From Thermoanaerobaculia bacterium (GTDB taxonomy: Bacteria > Acidobacteriota > Thermoanaerobaculia > Multivoradales > Multivoraceae): DNA of 64,000 nt. The DNA lies in assembly GCA_963666565.1 (NCBI GenBank), contig OY762911.1, forward strand, positions 480,001 through 544,000, in the 5' to 3' direction. The notes under the pieces are model-generated. The model worked only from the letters and a program-made list of their open reading frames with translations, searched no databases and was not told where the DNA came from. The position numbers and the translations under genes were made by a program. Shown one piece after another: positions 21,054 to 31,582 of this stretch; position 1 is the stretch's first letter, and every line of letters starts with the position of its first letter.

Positions 21054-21368
21054 GTGCCGCAGCCTGAGCCCCGCCCGGATCCGCAGCCCCGGCAAATCAC
21101 GGAGACCGAGCCCGATCTGCCGCCGCTGGGGGTCGGGGTACGCATTCTCCTGTTCGCCCTGGGCACGTTCCTGGTCCTCTTCGGCCTGATCTTCGGCCCG
21201 TTGCCTCTCATCCCCGCCATCGTCCTCGTCCCTGCGGGCGTGGCTCTGCTTTCGCTCGCCAGCAACCGGCTGAACCGCCGCCTCCGCGCCTTCGTCCTCC
21301 GCCGCTGGCCCAACGCCTGGCACCGAATCCAGCGCCTCCGCGCTTGGCTGCACCGCCGCCTGAGCTGA
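21054..21368 (+). CDS. small membrane protein (PGPGW-like)
   Basis: C-terminal part of ORF 19335..21368: two hydrophobic segments (GLIFGPLPLIP) and a basic tail. GTG start follows the tyrS stop. Confidence 0.65.
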   Translation: MPQPEPRPDPQPRQITETEPDLPPLGVGVRILLFALGTFLVLFGLIFGPLPLIPAIVLVPAGVALLSLASNRLNRRLRAFVLRRWPNAWHRIQRLRAWLHRRLS

Positions 21369-22261
21369 TGGCGCCGACGGATCCCGAGCGGGATCTCGCG
21401 GAAGACCGGAGTCGGGGATTCAGGCAGTCGCCCTGATGCACCGGGTCTCGGCTCCTACTCTCGCCTCCACTCCGCGTGAATGGTGCAGGCCGAGATCGTG
21501 ATACTTCGTACGGTGATCTTCGCGTCTGACCGGTCGATGGCCACCGTGGCCACAACACGGTCTCCGACGCAACAGTCGATCTTGGGCGCGTCGGAGTCGA
21601 AGGAAGCCAGTGGCTCCCGCTGAATCGAGTCGAAGATACTCGTGGGAATCTCGACTAGCTGATAGCGGGTGGGCACCTCATTGACCTCGCGCCGGAACGC
21701 TCGCAGCACCACGATGTGGCTGACTGCCTCCTGATACTCGCGGAAGAGCTTCTTCGTTCTGGTCCGGCGAGCTTTGGCCGTGCGTGCGTCCTGGATCCAA
21801 GCGGCCTCAGTCAGCTTCGAAATGTGCAGGGTTCTCTCAGAAAGGCCTCGTGCTGCGGTCGATTTGAGAGAGAGTCGCCTCTCCGCTTCTCCTGGCGGTT
21901 CTACGACCAAGTCGAGGAACCTTCGAGTGCTCGACCCCGGCGGGTCCATGGCCCACTGAACGTGTCCGCATGCGTTCCTGAAGACGGCCTCGAATCCACG
22001 GAGTGCCAACGGCTCCGTAGTCGCGCTGTGGTGAACCGAAAGTGCGAGACCGAAGTACTCGATCCAGGCTGGCATACCCGTGAGCCACGTCCCATGCTCC
22101 CGGATGTCGGCGCTGGGCGGATTCGAGAGCGAGTCCACCACTCTAGCGACGAACTCGATCTGCACGGGCGAGAAGGCGTCCAACTTCCCTCTCTGCCAAC
22201 GTACGTGACACAGCGGGCATCCCGTTGAATAGTGGAGGGCACACGTTGGCAAGGAGGATCG

Positions 22262-22747
22262 ATGGCGAGACGAGAGCAGAGACGTTGGGGTGGCCCGGAG
22301 CTCCCGGCCCCGGGGGGTGAGGAGCGGAGCGACGAGGCCCCCGGGGCCGGCGCGTCGCCCGCGGGGGGTGTTCCCGACCCGGAGGTCGTGGCGAAGCCGA
22401 CCAGACGGCAGTTCACGGCGGAGTACCGTCTGCGGATTCTGGAGGAGGCGGACCGATGCACGGACCGCGGCGAAGTGGGCCGGCTGCTTCGGCGAGAGGG
22501 TCTGTACAGCTCGCACCTGGCCAACTGGCGCAAGGCGCGGCGCGAGGGCGCGCTTTCCGGTCTGCGGCGGAAGAAGCGGGGCCGCAAGCCGACCGAGGCC
22601 AACCCTCTGGCGCCGAAGGTGAAGCGGCTGGAGGCCAAGGTGAAGCGGCTGGAGAGGGAGCTCGCCGCCGCCCACACGATCCTGGACGTGCAGGGAAAAG
22701 TTGCAGGGCTGCTGGGATTCAGCCTCGAAGACGGGAAGGACTGCTGA
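22262..22747 (+). CDS. IS3 transposase OrfA
   Basis: AGGAGG RBS, RRQFTAEYRLRIL HTH, coiled coil, GGGAAAAG slippery-like site, TGATG overlap with orfB. Confidence 0.88.
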   Translation: MARREQRRWGGPELPAPGGEERSDEAPGAGASPAGGVPDPEVVAKPTRRQFTAEYRLRILEEADRCTDRGEVGRLLRREGLYSSHLANWRKARREGALSGLRRKKRGRKPTEANPLAPKVKRLEAKVKRLERELAAAHTILDVQGKVAGLLGFSLEDGKDC

Positions 22748-23745
22748 TGGCGGCCCGGTCCCTGGCAAGCAAGGTCGGCGTCGCGCCGGCGTGCCGGGCG
22801 CTGGGCGTGTCGCGATCGACGTTCTACCGTAGGGCGAGGCCCGCTCCCGGGCGCCAGCTGCCCCGACCCGCGCCCGCCCGGGCGCTGAGCGAGATCGAGC
22901 GGGAGCGGGTCCAGGCGACGCTCGCGTCTCCCCGGTTCGTGGATCGCTCGCCGGCGGAGGTGGTAGCGACGCTGCTGGACGAGGGCCGGTACCTGTGCTC
23001 GGAACGCACGATGTACCGCATCCTGAGCGCGAACGGGGAGGTGAAGGACCGTCGCAACCAGCGGGTCCACCCGCCCTACGCCAAGCCGGAGTTGGTCGCC
23101 ACCGCGCCCAACCAGGTGTGGTCGTGGGACATCACCAGGCTGCTCGGCCCGCGGCCCTGGAGCTACTACTACCTCTACGTCCTGCTCGACCTTTTCAGCC
23201 GCTACGCGGTCGGCTGGATGGTTGCCGACCGCGAGAATGCCGCGCTCGCCCAGAGGCTCATCGAGGAGACCTGCCTCAAGCACGGCGTGAAACCCTCGGT
23301 GCTCACCCTGCACTCCGACCGGGGCGCGCCCATGACCAGCCAGGGTACCGCCCAACTGCTCGCCCGCCTCGGCGTGAACCGATCCCTGGGCCGACCTCGC
23401 GTCAGCGACGACAACCCCTTCTCCGAAGCCCAGTTCAAGACCCTGAAGTACCACCCCGGCTTTCCCGACCGCTTCCCCGACCAGGACGCGGCGACCGGCT
23501 ACTGCAGGTCCTTCTTCCCCTGGTACAACACCGAGCACCGGCATGCCGGCATCGCCATGCTGACTCCGGAGACCGTCCACTACGGCCGGGCCCAAGCCGC
23601 GATCGAACAGCGCCAGCGAGCGCTGAGCGCCGCCTGGAGACGCCACCCGGAACGATTCGTCGGCGGCGAGCCGATGCACCAACCCCTGCCTCAGGCCGTC
23701 TGGATCAACAAGCCGAGCCCCGAAGCATCGGAGATGGCTCAGTAA
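22747..23745 (+). CDS. IS3 transposase OrfB (integrase core)
   Basis: WSWDIT, LHSDRG and DNPFSEAQFKTLK DDE motifs. Confidence 0.92.
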   Translation: MAARSLASKVGVAPACRALGVSRSTFYRRARPAPGRQLPRPAPARALSEIERERVQATLASPRFVDRSPAEVVATLLDEGRYLCSERTMYRILSANGEVKDRRNQRVHPPYAKPELVATAPNQVWSWDITRLLGPRPWSYYYLYVLLDLFSRYAVGWMVADRENAALAQRLIEETCLKHGVKPSVLTLHSDRGAPMTSQGTAQLLARLGVNRSLGRPRVSDDNPFSEAQFKTLKYHPGFPDRFPDQDAATGYCRSFFPWYNTEHRHAGIAMLTPETVHYGRAQAAIEQRQRALSAAWRRHPERFVGGEPMHQPLPQAVWINKPSPEASEMAQ

Positions 23746-23808
23746 ATCCGAGAAGCCCCTGTGTCAAACTCGTTGACAGGTTCCGCTTCGCCTTCAGATC
23801 GTCGAGCC

Positions 23809-24759
23809 TCACAATCGGCCCACTCGATGCTCGATCAGATCGACGAAGGAGGGCTTTATCTCTACACCGACCCACCGCCGGCCCAGCTCACCCGCTGCCA
23901 GAAGGGTTGTCCCCGCTCCGGCATAGGGATCAAGAACAACGCCATCCCCGGTGCTGGTTATGGCTAGACACCTCCTTGCTAGCGACATGGGCATCATGGC
24001 GGGGTGATCGTCATCCCAGCCGCTCGACCGCCGTACCGGCTCAGTGGGCAATTGCCACACGCTTCTCAGACGTCGGCCCCCCGGGCCTTGAACGGCCTTG
24101 GCGTCGTAGAAGTAGTCCTTGTCCTTCGACAGGAGGAAGACTGTCTCGTGGGCCTTCGTTGGACGATCGCGGACCGACTCCGGGTGGGCGTTCGGCTTGT
24201 ACCAGATGACTTCACTGCGAATCCACCATCCGGCAGCTTGAAGAGCCAACGCCAGCCGCCAAGGTACGCCGATCAAGTCCTTGGGCTTCAGGCCTTCGGG
24301 TGTCGGTGGACGTACCTGCATGGCGCGGGCACGGTTCTTTCGATCCGGTGCTCTGTACCTGCGATTCCCCGACGTGTAGGAATCCCCAACATTAAGCCAA
24401 ACCGTGCCTTCCTTCCGAAGGACGCGCCTGACTTGTTCGAACGTGCTGACGATACTCTCAACGTAGGAATCGAGCCGGTCGTTCCTTCCGATCTGATTCT
24501 CGACCTTGTAGTCTCGAAGAGACCAGTACGGCGGGGATGTGAGGACAGTCTGTATGGAGCAGTCGGGCAACAGGGCCAGCGCTTCTTCGGCGTCTCCGCA
24601 TAGCAGAAGAGACTCCCGCAGCTCACGGAAGCGTCCCCTCTTGAGGTCATCGACCCGCACGTAGCCGGGCTCTGGATGCAACCTTAGCTGGCTGTGACGG
24701 GACCGGGAACCCACTGTCTGGCGTACCGGTCGGGGCGGCTGCAGTGCGGTCTCGGTCAT
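23809..24759 (-). CDS. N4-cytosine DNA methyltransferase, M.SmaI/M.Cfr9I-like
   Basis: TSPPY motif IV before DPYAGAGTT motif I (beta class). GNRRYRAPDRKNRARAM..RPPTPEGLKPKDLIGVPWRLA closely matches CCCGGG-specific m4C MTases as recalled. The stop overlaps the REase start (GTGA). Confidence 0.88.
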   Translation of the reverse strand: MTETALQPPRPVRQTVGSRSRHSQLRLHPEPGYVRVDDLKRGRFRELRESLLLCGDAEEALALLPDCSIQTVLTSPPYWSLRDYKVENQIGRNDRLDSYVESIVSTFEQVRRVLRKEGTVWLNVGDSYTSGNRRYRAPDRKNRARAMQVRPPTPEGLKPKDLIGVPWRLALALQAAGWWIRSEVIWYKPNAHPESVRDRPTKAHETVFLLSKDKDYFYDAKAVQGPGGRRLRSVWQLPTEPVRRSSGWDDDHPAMMPMSLARRCLAITSTGDGVVLDPYAGAGTTLLAAGELGRRWVGVEIKPSFVDLIEHRVGRL

Positions 24760-24767
24760 GCCGCTTG

Positions 24768-24872
24768 TCCCGATGAGGTCCTTGCTCCGCAACCGCTCGC
24801 CGTTCATCCCGGTGACGACTTCCGTCATCCGGTGCATCGTATCAAGCTCTCCCAGGTTGCGGCTGCCGGCGA
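24768..24872 (-). pseudogene. degenerate C-terminal remnant of an IS1595-family transposase
   Basis: IAGSRNLGELDTMHRMTEVVTGMNGERLRSKDLI resembles the EFAGRHN..DT..QM....GM.GKRL.Y.DLI tail of IS1595-type transposases. Confidence 0.5.
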
Positions 24873-25070
24873 TCCGGGCTCGTGGCGGTTCGTGAGCTTC
24901 CAACTCGGCAGGTACTGACCGCCGGGCGTGGGCGGTCGGCCAGGTACTCGCACAGCGGCAACCGGACCTTGGTCGTCCTCGCGGAGGGTTCACCCTGCTC
25001 CATCCGCTCGGCAACGATGCCGAGAGACAGGGGCCTTAGGCCGCCTAGCCTAGTGGCGTCTTCACGGCTC

Positions 25071-25154
25071 TCACCGGAGGGCGTGACGCCTGCTCACGAT
25101 GTTCGCCAGCCAGCCGCCATCCTCCTCGCGCTCTGTCTCGACGGTAAGCCTCAT
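25071..25154 (-). pseudogene. truncated HicB-family antitoxin fragment
   Basis: MRLTVETEREEDGGWLA is the typical HicB N-terminus. The frame diverges and stops after 27 codons. Confidence 0.55.
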
Positions 25155-25189
25155 CTGTTTCGCCGGACGGGCGCTCACCGCCACGGCGA

Positions 25190-26623
25190 CTAGGGCCGCT
25201 GCGCGCGCTTCCTCAGACCCCGCAGGAAGACGCCGTTCAGCGCGATCAGCACGGCGGCGACGACGATCCACTGGCCGAACATGTTGCCGACGCCCAGCGG
25301 CCCCCAAAGCGGTTCGTTGCGGACGCTCCAGCACATCCAGACAACGAGGGCCACCGCCTCGACCACGACCAGCCGGATCGCCCAGTCCCACCAGGCGCCG
25401 ATTCGGATGTCCTGGTCGCCGCCGTTGATGATCTCGGCGCGGAAGCGGGTGACGCCGTAGCGGATCACGATCAGCGCGAAGAAGAGGCCGCAGAACATCA
25501 GCGCGACGCTCCAGACGTTGTCCTGGTTCAGCCAGAACGGCTGCCAGAGCGCCGAGGGCACGCCGAGGACGAAGGCCGCCACCGCGATGGAGACGATCGC
25601 CTTGCGCCGTTCGAGCCCGGCCTCCTGAAGCGCCAGGCCGACCAGTTGGAACATGGCCACCAGGGAGGTCCAGGCGGCGAACACCAGGGCCATGAAGAAC
25701 AGGATCATGAAGAACGCGCCGCCCGGCATCGCGTTGAAGAGCTGGGGAATCCAGATGAACGTCAGACCCTCGTTGCCGGCGCCGACGATCTGGTCGGCGG
25801 CGCCGGGCATGATCGAGAAGACGGTACACAGGACCATGATCCCGGCCAGCAGCGAGACGCTGTTGTTGCCGAACGCGAGCAGGAACGAGTTCAGGTTCGT
25901 GTCCTCGCGGCGGCGCGAGAACACGGCGTAGGTCAGTACCAGGCCCCAGCCGGCGCCGGTGTCCCAGGCGTTCTGGGTCAGCGCCTGCAGCCAGATGTTG
26001 AAGTCCAGCAGGTCGCTCCACTCGGGCTCGAACAGGAACTCGAGCCCCCTGGCCGCACCGGGCAGCGTCACCGCGCGGATCGCGAGCACCACCACCAGAA
26101 CCAGCAGCGCCGGCATGAGGATCCGCACCACCGTCTCGATCCCCCGGATCCCGTTGAGGACGACGATCACGGCCATCGCGAGCGCCAGGGCGTGGAAGAC
26201 CAGCACCTGCGGTGTGTACGAGAACTCCTCCCAGAGCTGGGCCGAGCGCTCGCCCTGGAGCTGCATCGTGATGGCGGCCAGGAAGTAGCGCAGGGTCCAG
26301 CCCATCACCACCGCGTAGTAGAAGCCGATCGCCGCCGCCACCCATGCTATCCAGGCGCCCATCCAGGCGAACCGTTCGCCCATCATCGCGGCGAAGGTCC
26401 CCACCGTGCCGTTGCGCATCTTCTTGCCGAGCGCGAACTCGGCCAGAATCAGCGGCACCGACCAGAGCATCAGGAAGACGACCCAGGCGACGAGGAAGGA
26501 ACCGCCGCCGTTGGACGCCGCAATCCGGGGGAACCGCCAGATGTTGCCCGTGCCGACGGCCATGCCGAGCATGGCGAGCATCAGGCCCCACCGGCTGGAG
26601 AACAGTTGGGTCGCTGTGGTCAA
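25190..26623 (-). CDS. sodium-dependent transporter, NSS/SNF family
   Basis: AVGTGNIWRFP and NGGGSF motifs, about 11-12 transmembrane segments. Confidence 0.93.
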   Translation of the reverse strand: MTTATQLFSSRWGLMLAMLGMAVGTGNIWRFPRIAASNGGGSFLVAWVVFLMLWSVPLILAEFALGKKMRNGTVGTFAAMMGERFAWMGAWIAWVAAAIGFYYAVVMGWTLRYFLAAITMQLQGERSAQLWEEFSYTPQVLVFHALALAMAVIVVLNGIRGIETVVRILMPALLVLVVVLAIRAVTLPGAARGLEFLFEPEWSDLLDFNIWLQALTQNAWDTGAGWGLVLTYAVFSRRREDTNLNSFLLAFGNNSVSLLAGIMVLCTVFSIMPGAADQIVGAGNEGLTFIWIPQLFNAMPGGAFFMILFFMALVFAAWTSLVAMFQLVGLALQEAGLERRKAIVSIAVAAFVLGVPSALWQPFWLNQDNVWSVALMFCGLFFALIVIRYGVTRFRAEIINGGDQDIRIGAWWDWAIRLVVVEAVALVVWMCWSVRNEPLWGPLGVGNMFGQWIVVAAVLIALNGVFLRGLRKRAQRP

Positions 26624-26691
26624 GCCCTTTCCCGCACTCGTTCTATCCGGCGATGCTGGACCCTATCAGCGCGACGGGGCTTCACGTCCAC

Positions 26692-26737
26692 CTGGCCGCC
26701 TGCGGCGGCAGCGGGTCAGACGACCCGCGCACCCAGT
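26692..26737 (-). repeat. REP-like double-hairpin element
   Basis: Reverse complement is CTGGGTGCGCGGGTCGTCTGACCCGCTGCCGCCGCAGGCGGCCAG. Confidence 0.8.
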
Positions 26738-26752
26738 GGGCGGCCATCGTTC

Positions 26753-27169
26753 CTAGCCGACAAGGTCGCAGGCCGCGAAAAAAAAGGCGCGCTCGATCGC
26801 GGCGTTCTCGGGCGAATCGCTGCCGTGGATCGCGTTGTTCTGGATGTCAGTGCCGTAGAGGTTGCGGATCGTGCCCTCGGCGGCCTGCGTCGAGTCGGTG
26901 GCGCCCATCGTGTCGCGGAGGTGCGCCACGGCGTTGTCGCGCGCCAGCGCGACCGCCACCACGGGGCCGCTCGTCATGAAGGCGACCAGGTCGGCGTAGA
27001 ACGGCCGTTCGCGGTGTACCGCGTAGAACGCCTCGGCCTGCGCCTTCGACAGGCTCATGCGCCGCGTGGCCTGGATCTCGAAGCCCGCGTCCTCCAGGTG
27101 GGCGACGATCCGCCCCGCGTTGCCGGCACGCACCGCGTCCGGCTTGACGATCGTCAGCGTCTCTTCCAT
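26753..27169 (-). CDS. ndk: nucleoside diphosphate kinase
   Basis: IVKPDAV, FYAVHRERPFY, GTIR and NAIHGSDS motifs. Confidence 0.96.
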   Translation of the reverse strand: MEETLTIVKPDAVRAGNAGRIVAHLEDAGFEIQATRRMSLSKAQAEAFYAVHRERPFYADLVAFMTSGPVVAVALARDNAVAHLRDTMGATDSTQAAEGTIRNLYGTDIQNNAIHGSDSPENAAIERAFFFAACDLVG

Positions 27170-27171
27170 CG

Positions 27172-27296
27172 CGTCCAACCTCCCAGCGCCGTGGCCACGC
27201 ACGCGCCCATCTTCGTCCAGCCTCCCAGCGTCGCGGCCACGCACGCGCCCATCTCCGCTAGCCTCCCAGCGCCGCGGCCACGCGCGCGCCCATCTC
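27172..27296. repeat. three tandem copies (about 42 bp) of the sucD 3' end
   Basis: CCTCCCAGCG(C/T)CG(C/T)GGCCACGC(A/G)CGCGCCCATCT units starting near 27172, 27214 and 27256. Confidence 0.85.
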
Positions 27297-28130
27297 GGCC
27301 GGTGAATCCACGACCAGGACTCCCGCGGCGGCCAGCGCCGCCTTCTTCTCGGCCGCGGTGCCCTTGCCGCCCGCGACGATCGCGCCGGCATGGCCCATCC
27401 GCCGGCCCGGCGGCGCCGTCGCGCCGGCGATGAAGCCGACGACGGGAATGTCGAGGCGCTTGCCGATCCAGGCCGCCGCCTCCTCTTCCGCCGTGCCGCC
27501 GATCTCGCCGATCAGGACGATGGCCTCCGTCGAAGCGTCCTCCGCGAACAGCTCCAGCACGTCGATGAAGCTGGTGCCGTTCACCGGATCGCCGCCGATG
27601 CCGACGCACGTGGTCTGGCCGAGCCCCTCGTTCGTGAGCTGCCACACCGCCTCGTAGGTCAGCGTGCCGCTGCGGCTGATCACGCCGACGTTGCCCGGCG
27701 CGTGGATGTGCCCCGGCATGATGCCGACCTTCGCCTCGCCCGGCGTGATCAGGCCCGGGCAGTTCGGCCCCAGCAGGCGGCTGTTCCGGCCGGCGAGGAA
27801 GCTCTTCACCCGCACCATGTCGGCTACCGGAATGCCCTCGGTGATGCAGACGATCAGTTCGACGCCCGCGTCCGCCGCCTCCATGATCGCGTCCGCGGCG
27901 AACGGCGGCGGCACGAAGATCAGGCTGGCGTTGCAGCCAGAAGCGTCCCGCGCCTCCGCGACCGAGTCCCACACCGGGAAGCCCTCGACCGTCGAGCCGC
28001 CCTTGCCGGGCGTCACGCCGCCGGCGACATCGGTGCCGTAGTCGCGGCAGCCCAGGGCGTGGAACAGGCCTTCCCGGCCCGTGATGCCCTGCACGATCAG
28101 GCGCGTGTCCCTGCCGGCCAGGATCGACAT
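27258..28130 (-). CDS. sucD: succinyl-CoA synthetase alpha subunit
   Basis: [15 protein letters not shown] and RMGHAGA motifs. Confidence 0.97.
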   Translation of the reverse strand: MSILAGRDTRLIVQGITGREGLFHALGCRDYGTDVAGGVTPGKGGSTVEGFPVWDSVAEARDASGCNASLIFVPPPFAADAIMEAADAGVELIVCITEGIPVADMVRVKSFLAGRNSRLLGPNCPGLITPGEAKVGIMPGHIHAPGNVGVISRSGTLTYEAVWQLTNEGLGQTTCVGIGGDPVNGTSFIDVLELFAEDASTEAIVLIGEIGGTAEEEAAAWIGKRLDIPVVGFIAGATAPPGRRMGHAGAIVAGGKGTAAEKKAALAAAGVLVVDSPAEMGARVAAALGG

Positions 28131-28146
28131 TCGTCTCCGTTCTCCC

Positions 28147-29322
28147 TCAGGCGCCTAGCGCCGCGACCGCGCGTTCCGCCGCCGACGCCATGCCGCCGGC
28201 GACGACGAACTCGAAGTCGGCCTCCTGGAGCACCTTGCGGCCTTCTTCCACGTTCGTTCCCTCGAGCCGCACGATCACCGGCACCTCGACCGGCGTATCC
28301 GCCGCGGCGAGTTCCTCGATCGCCGCCACCACGCCGCGGGCGATCCGGTCGGTCCGGGCGATGCCGCCGAAGATGTTGATCAGCACCGCCTTCACGGCCG
28401 CGTCCGAGAGGATGATCCGGAAAGCGCCCGCCACGGCCTCCTGCGAAGCCGAACCGCCGACGTCGAGGAAGTTGGCGGGTTCCGCGCCGTAGAACTTGAT
28501 GATGTCCATCGTCGCCATGGCCAGACCGGCGCCGTTCACCATGCAGCCGATGTCGCCGTCCAGCTTGATGTAGCTGAGGCCGTGCTTCGACGCCTCGACC
28601 TCGAGCGGGTTCTCCTCGTGGACGTCGCGAAGCTCGGCGATCTCGCGCCGCCGGAACATAGCGTTGTCGTCGAAGTTCATCTTCGCGTCCAGCGTGTAGA
28701 CGTCGCCCCGCGAGTCGACCATCAGCGGATTGATCTCCACCAGCGAGGCGTCCGTCTCCAGGTAGGCCCCGACCACGCTGGCGACGGCGGCCTGGATCTG
28801 GCGCGCCGTGGCGCCCGAGAAACCCAGTCCGGACGCCACGCGGCGGCACTGGAACGGCAGCACGCCGAGCTGCGGGTCGATCGCCTCGCGCAGGATCGCC
28901 TCCGGATCCGTCCGCGCCACCTCCTCGATGTCCATGCCGCCGGAACGGGACGCCATCAGCACCGGCCGTTCGGCCGCCCGGTCGAGCGTCACCCCCAGGT
29001 AGAGCTCCCGGTCGATGTCGAGCGCTTCCTCGATCAGGACCTTGCGCACCTTCTGGCCTTCGGGGCCGGTCTGGTGCGTCACAAGCTGCATGCCGAGGAT
29101 CTCGCCGGCGAGCCGCTCCGCCTCTTCCGGGCTGGCCGCCAGCTTGACGCCGCCCCCCTTGCCGCGGCCGCCAGCGTGAATCTGGGCCTTGACCACGCAG
29201 CGGCCCCCGAACTCCCGGCAGATCTCCGCCGCCTCCGCGGCTTCCTCGATCACCCTGCCCCGCGGAACCCTGGCGCCGAACCCGCGCAGGAGTTCCTTGG
29301 CCTGGAACTCGTGGATCTTCAC
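28147..29322 (-). CDS. sucC: succinyl-CoA synthetase beta subunit
   Basis: [30 protein letters not shown] and ANFLDVGG motifs. Confidence 0.97.
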   Translation of the reverse strand: MKIHEFQAKELLRGFGARVPRGRVIEEAAEAAEICREFGGRCVVKAQIHAGGRGKGGGVKLAASPEEAERLAGEILGMQLVTHQTGPEGQKVRKVLIEEALDIDRELYLGVTLDRAAERPVLMASRSGGMDIEEVARTDPEAILREAIDPQLGVLPFQCRRVASGLGFSGATARQIQAAVASVVGAYLETDASLVEINPLMVDSRGDVYTLDAKMNFDDNAMFRRREIAELRDVHEENPLEVEASKHGLSYIKLDGDIGCMVNGAGLAMATMDIIKFYGAEPANFLDVGGSASQEAVAGAFRIILSDAAVKAVLINIFGGIARTDRIARGVVAAIEELAAADTPVEVPVIVRLEGTNVEEGRKVLQEADFEFVVAGGMASAAERAVAALGA

Positions 29323-29347
29323 GCTGCGGCCTCAGCCCCGGTTCGGA

Positions 29348-30592
<1,245 letters not shown>

Positions 30593-30688
30593 GGCGGCGC
30601 AGGTTACCACGTTTCCCCGCGTCCGGTTCGAGCCTTCCCGTCTCCGGTTCGAGCCGGGTTCGCCACGGGCTTGCTAAGGTCCCCCGGG

Positions 30689-31153
30689 ATGAGCGCGACG
30701 CCCGTCTTCCACCTGCCGAGGCCCGATCACGCCGCCACCTGGGAGGGCGTCGACTGGGAGGCCCTGGTCGACGCCGCCGTCCGCTGCCGGGAACGGGCCT
30801 ACGCACCCTACAGCAGGTTCCGCGTCGGCGCCGCCCTGCTGGCCGCCGACGGCCGCGTCTACACCGGCTGCAACGTGGAGAACCGCGTGCTCGGCCTGAC
30901 TCTCTGCGCCGAGCGCGGAGCGTTGTCGTCGGCGGTCGCGGCCGGCCAGCAGTCGTTCCGGGCCATGGCGCTGGCGACCGGCGCCGTGCCGCCGGCCAGT
31001 CCATGCGGGCAGTGCCGCGACGCCCTGGCCGAGTTCAACTGCGACCTGCCGGTCGTGTCGGTCACCGCCGGCGCCCGCGACCCCGCGAACTGGCGCCGGT
31101 GGACGCTGCGCGAACTGCTGCCGGAACCGTTCGTCCTCGACCCCGAGCGTTGA
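30689..31153 (+). CDS. cdd: cytidine deaminase
   Basis: AYAPYSRFRVGA, GCNVEN, CAER and PCGQCR motifs. Confidence 0.93.
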   Translation: MSATPVFHLPRPDHAATWEGVDWEALVDAAVRCRERAYAPYSRFRVGAALLAADGRVYTGCNVENRVLGLTLCAERGALSSAVAAGQQSFRAMALATGAVPPASPCGQCRDALAEFNCDLPVVSVTAGARDPANWRRWTLRELLPEPFVLDPER

Positions 31154-31172
31154 CTCCCCCGAGACCGGCGCT

Positions 31173-31529
31173 TCAGGTCTCGACGGCCTCGCCGGTCTCG
31201 ACGGCCAGCGCCTCCTCGACCGTGTCGAAGGTCGGGAACAGGGAGGCGACGCCGGCCACCGTCAACAACTGGACGATCCGGTCCGAGGGACGGACCAGCA
31301 TCAGCTTGCGCTCCTGCGCCCGCAACCTCACAAGGTAGCCGACCAGCTCGCCGATGCCCGTCGAGTCCATGTAGTTGACCTCCGAGAGGTCGAGCAGCAC
31401 ATGACCGTCGCCCTCGGCCAGACTCCGCTTCAGCGCGTCGGCGAGGAAGCGCGCGCTCTCTCCCAGCTTGATCACGCCCTCGACCGCCAGCAGGCTGCAG
31501 TCGCCGATCCGTCGCTTGTTGATGATCAT
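31173..31529 (-). CDS. STAS-domain anti-sigma factor antagonist
   Basis: LLDLSEVNYMDSTGIG motif with the phosphorylatable Ser. Confidence 0.88.
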   Translation of the reverse strand: MIINKRRIGDCSLLAVEGVIKLGESARFLADALKRSLAEGDGHVLLDLSEVNYMDSTGIGELVGYLVRLRAQERKLMLVRPSDRIVQLLTVAGVASLFPTFDTVEEALAVETGEAVET

Positions 31530-31582
31530 CGGGAAAGCGGCAAGCCCGCCGCCGGCGCGCGAAGCCGCCAGGAGCGGCGGCG

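Larger units (their letters stand above)
22187..23785 (+). mobile_element. IS3-family insertion sequence, copy 1 (1599 bp, 3-bp TSD CTT)
   Basis: Near-identical to 50719..52296. Imperfect 27-bp inverted repeats, CTT at 22184-86 and 23786-88, orfA/orfB with DDE core. Confidence 0.92.
21455..23812 (-). pseudogene. SmaI-like type II restriction endonuclease interrupted by an IS3-family element after codon 9
   Basis: Removing 22187..23785 plus one CTT restores GTG(23812)-MRLDDLKAK|LDAFSPVQ...EWRRE (about 251 aa). HHSATTEPL, LSLKSTAA..LHISKLTE and YQLVEIP resemble R.SmaI as recalled. Confidence 0.75.

Noticed and set aside
26778-26785. A8 homopolymer in the ndk 3' end as a phase-variation tract
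   Set aside because: The frame is intact, the tract encodes Phe-Phe-Phe near the C-terminus, and nothing else supports switching.
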